From: Robiginitomaculum sp. | Lineage (GTDB): Bacteria; Pseudomonadota; Alphaproteobacteria; Caulobacterales; Maricaulaceae | DNA: 49,507 nt | Assembly: GCA_026982235.1 (NCBI GenBank) | Contig: JALSHM010000397.1 | Span: 1 to 49,507, forward strand | Direction: 5' to 3' | Part shown: positions 27,790 to 35,705 of the stretch, piece after piece | Layout of the letters: each line of letters opens with the position of its first letter | Position numbering within the stretch: the stretch's first letter is position 1 | Notes under the pieces: generated by a model | Told to the model about the DNA's origin: nothing | The model's input: the letters and a program-made list of their open reading frames with translations, nothing else | Database searches by the model: none | Program-made: the position numbers and the translations under genes

Positions 27790-28224
27790 TTACACCTCCA
27801 GTATTTTAGAGAATTTCCGGATTGGACGGGCTATGCGGACGGCTAATTGCATTTGCCGCCAATGACTTTCTGGGACATTTTCCAAAGCACAACCGACCTG
27901 TTTCTCAAGGCTATCAAGCTGTCTGAGAATATATTTCATGGCTTCTGTGCCGTGAACATTGAGGAGAATATCAGCGCCGGGGCTTATACCTGTAATGCGG
28001 GTTATCTTGCCTGCCGCACATGTTTTGCAAACATAAAGCCGCCAATCCGTTGTGCCAAAACTGTTGGCCTGCCAGCGTATATAACCAAAAATTTGCTGTG
28101 GGCTGAACGCATACAGCGTCCGCGCCCGGTCAAGTCTAACTTGATATGTTGGTATGCCAAACCGGATACGGTGATTGCAATGCGCCTTGACGAACTTGCC
28201 TTGTACCAATGTTAAATCAGACAT
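27790..28224 (-). CDS. DUF2840-family ICE backbone protein
   Basis: I place the start at the ATG at 28224 (MSDLTLVQ...), overlapping the upstream HTH gene by 8 nt. The family call rests on synteny and general sequence resemblance. Confidence 0.55.
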   Translation of the reverse strand: MSDLTLVQGKFVKAHCNHRIRFGIPTYQVRLDRARTLYAFSPQQIFGYIRWQANSFGTTDWRLYVCKTCAAGKITRITGISPGADILLNVHGTEAMKYILRQLDSLEKQVGCALENVPESHWRQMQLAVRIARPIRKFSKILEV

Positions 28225-28435
28225 AGGTTTTGGCCTTAACTTGTTTCTCGCAGTAATCAGAATTCTTAGACCATCTGAGCAAATCGCGAACATGGTATAA
28301 GATCAATCCGCCGTGCTTACGGTATTCTGGGCCATCACCTTTCCAGCGCATATTGGTCAAAGTTTTAGGCTGCACACGCAATAAACGCGCGGCTTCCTTG
28401 GTCGTGTAGAACGGGCTTCTTTCTGGTTTCTTCAT
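28217..28435 (-). CDS. Small HTH (excisionase/MerR-like) DNA-binding protein
   Basis: I place the start at 28435, preceded by GGAG. The motif is YTTKEAARLLRVQPKTLTNMRWKGDGP. Confidence 0.65.
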   Translation of the reverse strand: MKKPERSPFYTTKEAARLLRVQPKTLTNMRWKGDGPEYRKHGGLILYHVRDLLRWSKNSDYCEKQVKAKTYV

Positions 28436-28580
28436 GGCAAACTCCATAATTATCCGATAGCTAAACAAACATTTGCGGAACTATCGGGATAATTAAGGCA
28501 CGTTTAGGGACGCTTGGGGAGTGTCGTTTTTTCGATTTCGAAAAACCGATACACCAGCTACTCGCCTGAAAGGGGAAGAG

Positions 28581-29360
28581 TTATTCGAGCAGGGAAAGGT
28601 ACTTTCCATTGCGATATTCTTCGGCGTTTTTATATATTCTTCGTACCTGTTGCTTAAGCGCAGAGTGGCCATCTCCCCATTCCATATTCACATATTCTTC
28701 GCCCATGAGGGCAATGGCTATATCGCGGTAATCACCGCCATCTCTTTTAGCGCGCAATGCAATAAGATATTTTTGCAATCGTTCCGTATTCCTACGATAG
28801 CCAATTTGACTTAATTTACCGCCGCGTGAGCGGTGCAAAGCAATAATTTGATGGATGGATTTCATTCGCTTATTTGAGTGCAATCCGCCATCTACACGGA
28901 ACTCTACCAATGCTTTATCGTCGATTGGGTGCGGGCTATCACAATACAGTTGAAACCAGTAACGCCTACTTTTTAGCACAATATGTCGGCTCCCATTTAT
29001 GCTTTCAAACAGTGTCTTACGACAACAAAACTCTTGCAGCATAACCGTATCTGACGTCCGCCCAAAATTACGGTTATCTGTCTGTGTGTCATCTTGTGGC
29101 CGTCCAAGGCGAACATGAACGGTAGCTGGATAGTATGAGGGCTTCCAAAAGACATCTGCTTCCATCGCGTTCAAGTCGGGATCAACAAAGAATAATAAGC
29201 CCCATTTTCGAGCTTTTTCATACCGCCTATTACCAATAAGTAGGCGGCAACCACTTTCTAGTTCAACCATTTTTGGACTGTATTTTAGGCCGTCAATGCA
29301 GTCGTGGCGGTAGTCCATATTTTCGCGCAACATATCCCATGCCCATGCCGCGCTTGGCAT
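28581..29360 (-). CDS. DUF2285-domain transcriptional activator-like protein (FseA-like)
   Basis: 259 aa. The N-terminal AWAWDMLRENMDYR resembles the LAWEFLRRNPxY motif of DUF6499/DUF2285 proteins from alphaproteobacterial ICEs. Confidence 0.6.
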   Translation of the reverse strand: MPSAAWAWDMLRENMDYRHDCIDGLKYSPKMVELESGCRLLIGNRRYEKARKWGLLFFVDPDLNAMEADVFWKPSYYPATVHVRLGRPQDDTQTDNRNFGRTSDTVMLQEFCCRKTLFESINGSRHIVLKSRRYWFQLYCDSPHPIDDKALVEFRVDGGLHSNKRMKSIHQIIALHRSRGGKLSQIGYRRNTERLQKYLIALRAKRDGGDYRDIAIALMGEEYVNMEWGDGHSALKQQVRRIYKNAEEYRNGKYLSLLE

Positions 29361-29532
29361 AAGAAGTCTCTCCGCAGGCGCGGCAATGTTTCTCCCATTT
29401 GGTGTAGTGATAAGCCTATTCCCCAGTCATTTTTTGCCTCTTTTAGAGCAAAAACGCTTAAAAATTGTAAAAAACATAAGAAAACCCCCATCGGTTGTAA
29501 GGCCGATGGGGGCTGTCGTCTGGGCGGCTTAT

Positions 29533-29868
29533 TTATCCGACTGGGTTCCAGAGGATGGCGTAGTCGCCTTTTGGCTTATCGTTAGCTCTGCCGAGATTGG
29601 CATAGACCTTACGCGGGCCAATCATCGGATGGGCGAGCGTGAGCGAGATATAAGGCTTGCCAGAGGTCTTGCCGACCCGGTTCCAGCCGCCACCAATCTC
29701 TGCGCCGTCATTGGTAAACACCCGAAAGTCTGGTTGTTTATCCGCCGTTTTGTTGTCGTTCGCGACGATGCTGATGCGGGATTTCAGGCCCCCAGAGCTT
29801 ATTAAGCCCAGAGTTCCTTCAAAATTACCGTCTTTGCTTTGGCTTACATATCCTAGTGCTTGTGCCAT
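29533..29868 (-). CDS. DUF736-family protein (third paralogue)
   Basis: 111 aa with GNFEGTL...NDNKTADKQPDFRVF...GGGWNRVGK...YISLTL, matching the pattern of the other two DUF736 ORFs. Confidence 0.7.
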   Translation of the reverse strand: MAQALGYVSQSKDGNFEGTLGLISSGGLKSRISIVANDNKTADKQPDFRVFTNDGAEIGGGWNRVGKTSGKPYISLTLAHPMIGPRKVYANLGRANDKPKGDYAILWNPVG

Positions 29869-30599
29869 TTTTTAGTCTCCATTTAATGCCAGCTAATTTA
29901 CGGGAGCCTGTCTCCCTGCTGACGGGGACCGAAGAGGCCTGTGACAAAAACTGCATACCCCCTTCAAAAATTCTTACTAAAAATGTGGGCGTAACAAAGT
30001 GGAGCAGGTCAGTTTCAAACTATTTTGGCGCGTAGCGCATTTCGCGATGAATGGGCGTAGCCCAGAGGAAAATAGTTTAGAATTGTCCTTATGCAGGCTT
30101 TTGGCATGGGCTAGGTCACCACCCAGACAGCAGGAAGACAAGGCTTTCGTCACTTCGTTTGGTTCTTACTTGGGGGCTAGAAAATTGCGCGAGCGCACGG
30201 TTGTGTATGACAATGTGAAGATGGTAATTTTTAAGAACTGGGTTTCTTGGTGTAGAGTTCTGTTTCAGTGTCGCCACGAATGATAATGAAATGGTTGATA
30301 AATTTCCCGAATTTTACAGCGTTTACCACTGATGGCTGCTGATACTGGTAGCGGCTGCAACCTGATTGATAAGATGTCTGCCAAGCCTAAATGTCTCGCT
30401 CATGCACGCCCACCTGATGAATGAACCGCAGCAAGGTGTATGATAATCGCGGTCGAGCTAATGGTAAGCTAAAAGAACTTTGCCTTGCTTTGTAATTCAG
30501 CAGGATAGCAAACCACCCAATCGACAGCCCCTATTGGCCTAACAAACGAAGGGGTTTCGTGTGTGCGAGGGCAAGCCCGCTTATAAAACATCGGCTGAG

Positions 30600-30890
30600 C
30601 GGTTCAGCCAATGTGTTGCGACGACCCGTTGAACCCACACCCCCAAGCAGTGATAATAAAGACTTCCAAAGAATCACCCTATTTGGGTACAACATCTTTA
30701 TTGAACGTCTATGGTGTTCCCTCAAATATGAGAGTGTCTACCTACATGAGTGGAATGTGGCGGTCGTGAAGCCAAGGCCGAGATTGGAAAATAGATGGAC
30801 TTTTAGGGGCTGCCCTTGGGGTACGACCTCAAGCGACCTCACAGCCCATAAGTGCTTGACACCAGACGTCGCCTACCCGAAAATCATCCG
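30600..30890 (+). pseudogene. Degraded C-terminal remnant of an IS3-family transposase (orfB)
   Basis: NIFIERLWCSLKYESVYLHEW starts at 30691. The ...EAKAEIGK.. and ..TPDVAY segments follow in shifted frames with stops. A 10-bp-period duplication (CGACCTCA at 30824 and 30834) is present. Boundaries are approximate. Confidence 0.65.
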
Positions 30891-30908
30891 AACGTACCAA
30901 GGAATAGT

Positions 30909-32084
30909 ATGAATATGTTATTGAAAAACATTAATGACAAATGGGTCGCAGTTGCCATAATTACTTTAATAGCTTGGATGCTGGTTGCACCTATTAAAGC
31001 TTTTGGTGCCGAAAATAACCCACAAGAAAAAATGAAATTTTGGCATGCTGGCACTGGTGGAAATTGCAGTGTTTGCTCTTGGACAGCGGCCGAGGGAGTT
31101 ATTACTGAAGAAACCCCAGCCGACTTTCTAAAATATATTGAATCTGAAAAGCATGTTGGTGCCTTTGTTTCTTTCCATAGTCCCGGTGGAAACTTAAATG
31201 CCGGATTGGAGTTAGGCCGAATAATTAGAAAGCATGGCATTGCGACGCAGGTCGGAAAAACGGTTGTCTACCCGGAGCCCGAGTATGGAGGGCGATATTC
31301 TGACATAGAAATTGGAGAGTGTTCCAGCTCATGCGCCTATGCATTTATGGGTGGTACAGATAGGCAATTTGGTAAATTGGGTTTCCACAAATATAGTTCA
31401 GGGTCATCTTTGAGTAAGATTCTAAATATTGATAAAATTGATGACGTAGAAAAGCTTTCAATATCTTTATCGCAGTATATATCTGGGCTACTAATTGAAT
31501 ACATAGTAGAAATGGGAGTCGATCCGCGCATTTTATCCTTCATTAAAAACACATCATCAGATGCAATTATCTACCCCACTAAAGAGGTTTTAGAAGAATA
31601 TAATATCATATCACGAACAGGGCTATCTTCTTGGTCGCTTGAACCTGTTGGATCCGGAGCTGTAATGCTCGCATCAGATCAGGAGGCCTCAACTCCTATT
31701 GAGAAAGTCATATTTCACTGCCGAAAAACTGACGGTGCAAGATTGCTGACTATGGTTTCGGTTTATTCAAATGCTGAATGGGATATAGAGGCCTTACATC
31801 TAAATTCCGGTCTTATAGATGGCTGGGCAGGTGGTGGTGCCGATATAGAAATTAATGGGGTTAAAGTTGAAATCCCAAAAGCGCGAGTGGAGTTTTACAA
31901 TGATAAGAAATTTCGATATTACAGATTAAAAATAAACCAAAGAGAAGCCAATCTCTTGTTGAACGCTAAGGACGTTTCCTCACTTGTGTATTGGTCCAAC
32001 GCGGATGGTTTTCACCGTTTTAGGGCAACCTTTAAGGACTATGAGCGAAAAGCATTACGGATAGCTTGGACCAATTGTCTCTAA
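30909..32084 (+). CDS. Secreted/periplasmic protein, COG3904-like (ClpP/SppA-like fold?)
   Basis: I place the start at the ATG at 30909 (MNMLLKN..., signal/TM then AFGA). The pattern FHSPGGNLNAGLELGRIIRKHG...CSSSCAYAFMGGTDR fits that family. The track start at 30852 lies inside the IS3 remnant. Confidence 0.5.
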   Translation: MNMLLKNINDKWVAVAIITLIAWMLVAPIKAFGAENNPQEKMKFWHAGTGGNCSVCSWTAAEGVITEETPADFLKYIESEKHVGAFVSFHSPGGNLNAGLELGRIIRKHGIATQVGKTVVYPEPEYGGRYSDIEIGECSSSCAYAFMGGTDRQFGKLGFHKYSSGSSLSKILNIDKIDDVEKLSISLSQYISGLLIEYIVEMGVDPRILSFIKNTSSDAIIYPTKEVLEEYNIISRTGLSSWSLEPVGSGAVMLASDQEASTPIEKVIFHCRKTDGARLLTMVSVYSNAEWDIEALHLNSGLIDGWAGGGADIEINGVKVEIPKARVEFYNDKKFRYYRLKINQREANLLLNAKDVSSLVYWSNADGFHRFRATFKDYERKALRIAWTNCL

Positions 32085-32236
32085 AAATATTTCCGAGTTC
32101 TGTTGGCGAAAAGCGTTAATATCAAAGTGTAAAATTGTGTATGCTGAACCTTAGAAATCGGATGTTTTTCCCATTGATTTCGAGAATGTATGATTTTTGC
32201 TTAAGCTTGTGCACCAAACGCTTGCCATACAAATAC

Positions 32237-32265
32237 GGCTCGCGCCCCTTTTGGGAGCGCGAGCC
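32237..32265. terminator. Hairpin between convergent genes (bidirectional terminator candidate)
   Basis: GGCTCGCGC / GCGCGAGCC 9-bp stem with an 11-nt loop. It lies 28 nt beyond the parB-like stop. Confidence 0.55.
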
Positions 32266-32292
32266 GCTTTACAGACGGTGTATCGGGGGAGA

Positions 32293-34071
32293 CTAGGCCG
32301 CCTGTTTTCTCGGTGTGGGTTTGCGCTTGGCGAATAGTTTCGCGATGCGTTTCCAGTTCTGTGCGGGTGGGCAACCGCTTGCTTCGCGGTAATGGATGGC
32401 AGGAAATGCTGCCCATCTTGGGAGCCAATCTGGGCTTGCTTTATCAACGCCGTGACCTGCCATGCGGTTCTTGATGATTTGCTTTTGGCTCTTGGCCGTG
32501 TCGGTGATGCACCCTTGGGCGGTTGGTTTTCCTGCTATGTCAGCGACCATTTGATTGACCACGCCCTTGTCGCGCAAGATGTCAAAGAACGCTTCATCAG
32601 GTTGCCAATAACTTCCAAAATCCGCGCCCGTTAGAACGCCAACGGCTTCTACGGCTCCGCTATTGGTCGAGAGGGTTTCGGCCATACAAAACGTCATTAT
32701 CCGCAAGACCGATTTGTCATCTAAGTCGAGCAATGTAGCGAATACGGTGTTCAAGCTGAACATGCTTTCATAGCGGTGATAGATTTGGGTATCATCTTTC
32801 TTTAGTCCCAATAACCCTGCAATGACTTTGCGCTCTGCGGCAAGTTCCTGCTCGGCCTTGGAGTTTTCAACACTTAACTGCGTGGCTTCCTTTCTTGTGC
32901 ATTGTTCATCCTTAGTAACTTTCCAATGGCGTGAACCCGTAATCATATGAGCAACGGTCAAGCGCAAAGCCATCTTGGGGTGCTTAATCAGCGCCGCCCG
33001 TGCAATGGAATGGCGGTGCAAATTCATATACTCCGCCATCGGGCCTGACATTTCAGGGCGCGGTTTGGTGTCGGGCTTGCTATCTCCATTTTGCGTCTGG
33101 CGGTCTAGCCGCCGCGCTTCGGCTTCTGGCATAAAGCCCTCATGGAATATGACCTGTCCATCGTTCTTAACTTCGATATAGACATTGCCGCCTTGTTCCT
33201 TACTGCGCTCTACATGCTCCCATCCATAGAATGTTTGCCCTACATCACCGATAAACACGTTTTTCCAACCGTCTTTCTCGTATTGCTCCGCTTCCATTGC
33301 GACAATCGTATTCTGGCATGACCAGAATAGTTCGGGGTCGGCGAATTGCCCGTGTTCCCCGAATAGGTCTGTGATGATAGTGCCCTTATACTCCTCCATA
33401 GGGAATAAGGCTTTATCAGTGGTGATAAGACCGCCGCCTGATAGCCAAGCCTTTAACTGGTCACCTTGGGGCGCATAGTCGTCAGATTTGAAAATTTTGA
33501 GCCATGCCGTTTGTTGTTTCTTGCTCGCCATTGTCAGGGCGCGGATGGTGGCGGGGTTAATCTCTTCGTCCGTGTATAATTTACGCAGTTGCGGCAGTAA
33601 CGCGCCAAGCGCAAGCCGCTGTTTTACGGCACGTTCCGTAATGCCAAACACGGCGGCGATCTCGGCAATGCTCTCGCCTTTGTCCGCGAGTGTCTTAAAG
33701 GCTTCGTATTGCTCCATTTCTGTGGGCGCAAGGCGGGCGATATTTTCTAAGATACTGGCTTCTAGTCCCTCCGCATCGTCGTCCGCGTCCATAATACAGC
33801 ACGGCACGGGCGCAATCTTATCGCCATCATCTGCAATGGCTTTCAGGCAAAAATAGCGTCTGCGCCCTGCGATAATGCCGTAAGCGTTTTTATTATCCTT
33901 GGTCGGCTCTGGCCGTACCAAGAGCGGCTGACGAATACCGCGCTGTTTTACGCTCGGCAATATGTCCGATATATCGGGCGGTTTATTGCCCTTGGCCTTA
34001 TGGCGCATATTCAGTGTAGATATATGCAAATCGTCAAATGCGATATGTTTCAAGTCGAGTGGTTTAGTCAT
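32293..34071 (-). CDS. ParB/Srx-domain protein (ICE ParB-like nuclease/partition family)
   Basis: 592 aa with N-terminal LHISTLNMR...GIRQPLLVRP...GIIAGRRRYFCLKA ParB-box motifs and a following HTH. Confidence 0.8.
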   Translation of the reverse strand: MTKPLDLKHIAFDDLHISTLNMRHKAKGNKPPDISDILPSVKQRGIRQPLLVRPEPTKDNKNAYGIIAGRRRYFCLKAIADDGDKIAPVPCCIMDADDDAEGLEASILENIARLAPTEMEQYEAFKTLADKGESIAEIAAVFGITERAVKQRLALGALLPQLRKLYTDEEINPATIRALTMASKKQQTAWLKIFKSDDYAPQGDQLKAWLSGGGLITTDKALFPMEEYKGTIITDLFGEHGQFADPELFWSCQNTIVAMEAEQYEKDGWKNVFIGDVGQTFYGWEHVERSKEQGGNVYIEVKNDGQVIFHEGFMPEAEARRLDRQTQNGDSKPDTKPRPEMSGPMAEYMNLHRHSIARAALIKHPKMALRLTVAHMITGSRHWKVTKDEQCTRKEATQLSVENSKAEQELAAERKVIAGLLGLKKDDTQIYHRYESMFSLNTVFATLLDLDDKSVLRIMTFCMAETLSTNSGAVEAVGVLTGADFGSYWQPDEAFFDILRDKGVVNQMVADIAGKPTAQGCITDTAKSQKQIIKNRMAGHGVDKASPDWLPRWAAFPAIHYREASGCPPAQNWKRIAKLFAKRKPTPRKQAA

Positions 34072-34082
34072 GGCGTAGTCTC

Positions 34083-34334
34083 CTATTTTGCCGTTTTGGT
34101 TTTGGGTAGGGTTTGGGGTGAATTGATAAAATCTATTAGGTCGATTTGGGCGCGTCCGACTTCGTCAAACATGCCGATGTCGCACGGTTTTTGCTGTGCA
34201 TTCGGGTTCCGCTTTGGTGTCATAGGGTGGCATGTTCGGGCGGTAAGTTTCTCGCCAAGAGTGACGGGGCGCACACCGTTAATCAGGGTCTGCACTCCGA
34301 CTTCCGTCTGCTCGCATATGGGTTTGGCACTCAT
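34083..34334 (-). CDS. Small hypothetical protein (83 aa) in the ardA-parB operon
   Basis: Its ATG at 34334 overlaps the upstream stop (ATGA). It ends 12 nt before the parB-like start. Confidence 0.5.
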   Translation of the reverse strand: MSAKPICEQTEVGVQTLINGVRPVTLGEKLTARTCHPMTPKRNPNAQQKPCDIGMFDEVGRAQIDLIDFINSPQTLPKTKTAK

Positions 34335-34816
34335 GCCGCGCTTTCGCAAACACTCGCGCACAGCCGTTCCCGTGCTAGCTTTGCCGCGTCCAGTGCTTCG
34401 GATAGCAATTCATTTGCGACTTGGGATAAATAGGCATTATCACTATCGGGGTAATTGGCTTCAATTCCCCAAAGGCTTGCGGCGTGGTCTGTGAGTTCGG
34501 TGTCGTCTATGGTGACTGACAGGATAATGCCGCAATAAAACCATTCGTCATTTAGCCATGCCGCCATGACGGACTCGGCCTTGGCCTGTTGTTCCTCGCA
34601 CCGCTTGCGCCATCCATTTCCCGCGCCAATAAATCCTGCGGCATTCGGGTCTAGGCTCGGCCAAAATCCGTCTTGGCGTTCGTCGGGTTTATCGGGGCTT
34701 TCGTCGTGGGCAATTCTTGCGGTAACGGTATAATCGCCAACGTCCACGCTTATGCTATCGCCAAGGCAGACATATGGCAAAAACTGCTCGCTAAATTCTG
34801 GTTCTCGCGCTTCCAT
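34331..34816 (-). CDS. Hypothetical protein (161 aa) in the ardA-parB operon
   Basis: Clean acidic ORF that starts 1 nt after the ardA stop. I recognise no family. Confidence 0.55.
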   Translation of the reverse strand: MEAREPEFSEQFLPYVCLGDSISVDVGDYTVTARIAHDESPDKPDERQDGFWPSLDPNAAGFIGAGNGWRKRCEEQQAKAESVMAAWLNDEWFYCGIILSVTIDDTELTDHAASLWGIEANYPDSDNAYLSQVANELLSEALDAAKLARERLCASVCESAA

Positions 34817-34817
34817 C

Positions 34818-35417
34818 TTAGCTATTCCAGAAAACGTGAATTTCTTTATAGCCTGTCTCTATAGAGAATATGTCGCCGCTTAATTCCATGTCACGCGCCA
34901 TAGATTTATAGTCGATATAGTATTTTAGGGTTTTGGGAATCTCGGTGGTGGACTCGGTGAGTTCCTCGGCAAAGTCTGCTAAGCTTTCATACTCGCCGTT
35001 ATAGCGCTCAAGGGCGGATTCTGCGTCCTTGACATGCCCTTTGGGTGCAATATCGCCGCCATAGTTTTCCAGTAACTTGCCGCCAAAGCCTGAACAGTTT
35101 TCCAAAAACTCGGCAATCTCAACCACACGGGCAAAGCTGTCATATTCGTTTATGGTTACACCATCGAAATTCTCGTAATCGTGAATTGCCCATTCCTCGG
35201 CATCGGGGATGGGGGATGATTTAAGGATGGCGCGAACTGCGTCCTGAATACTGTCCTCGTCCTCAACGTCTATCCAAGAGCCGTGCAAGTGGCCGTTATT
35301 GTAGGCGGCAAGGCAAGCCACATAGATTCTAGGGGTGTCGGGGTCTAGCACGAAAGGTGCGGTTAAATTCCCTGTAGGTTGGGCTTGGCTCGGTGTTGCG
35401 GTTCTAGGTTCGGTCAT
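34818..35417 (-). CDS. ardA: ArdA antirestriction protein
   Basis: I place the start at the ATG at 35417 (MTEPRTA...). It has the signature IYVACLAAYNNGHLHGSWIDV and a very acidic C-terminal half. The track's N-terminal extension to 35657 runs through the hairpin. Confidence 0.85.
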   Translation of the reverse strand: MTEPRTATPSQAQPTGNLTAPFVLDPDTPRIYVACLAAYNNGHLHGSWIDVEDEDSIQDAVRAILKSSPIPDAEEWAIHDYENFDGVTINEYDSFARVVEIAEFLENCSGFGGKLLENYGGDIAPKGHVKDAESALERYNGEYESLADFAEELTESTTEIPKTLKYYIDYKSMARDMELSGDIFSIETGYKEIHVFWNS

Positions 35418-35448
35418 GGGGCAGTCTCCTCTTTTTTCTCCGCACCAG

Positions 35449-35631
35449 CCTCCGCCGGAAGGGCGGGGATGGGCGGCTAAGAGGCCCGCCAGCAGGGCGC
35501 ACAAGGGTGCGGGGCAAGGGTTTTGGTAGGCAGACCAAGACAAATTATATGCATATAAAGCCAAAGCCCTTGCGCCGTGACCGCGCCCTGCTATCAGGGC
35601 CGCCCGCCCATCCCCGCACTTTCGAAGGAGG
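35449..35631. repeat. ~183-bp GC-rich imperfect inverted repeat (bulged hairpin) upstream of ardA
   Basis: Three arm pairs match: 35449-35476 with 35604-35631, 35491-35500 with 35583-35592, and 35514-35526 with 35561-35573. The apex is the perfect palindrome TTATATGCATATAA (35545-35558). Confidence 0.85.
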
Positions 35632-35705
35632 CGTTCATGATGTGGGGATTTAAACAAAGAAAGAATTCAATCGCCAAAATACATGGATGTGCTATAACGT
35701 GAATC

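Noticed and set aside
29999-30283. 94-aa plus-strand ORF (GTG start) in the scar region
   Set aside because: It uses an alternative start, spans the stem-loop, and has no motif or ribosome-binding site. It is most likely non-coding.
32151-32447. Two overlapping minus-strand ORFs (98 and 75 aa) at the 3' end of the ParB-like gene
   Set aside because: They overlap the ParB-like coding end and the intergenic terminator hairpin. Their composition is Arg/Pro-rich, which is typical of out-of-frame translation.
35418-35657. 80-aa N-terminal extension of the ArdA ORF (TTG start)
   Set aside because: The extension is translated from the GC-rich hairpin and has no ArdA similarity. ArdA homology begins just after the ATG at 35417.
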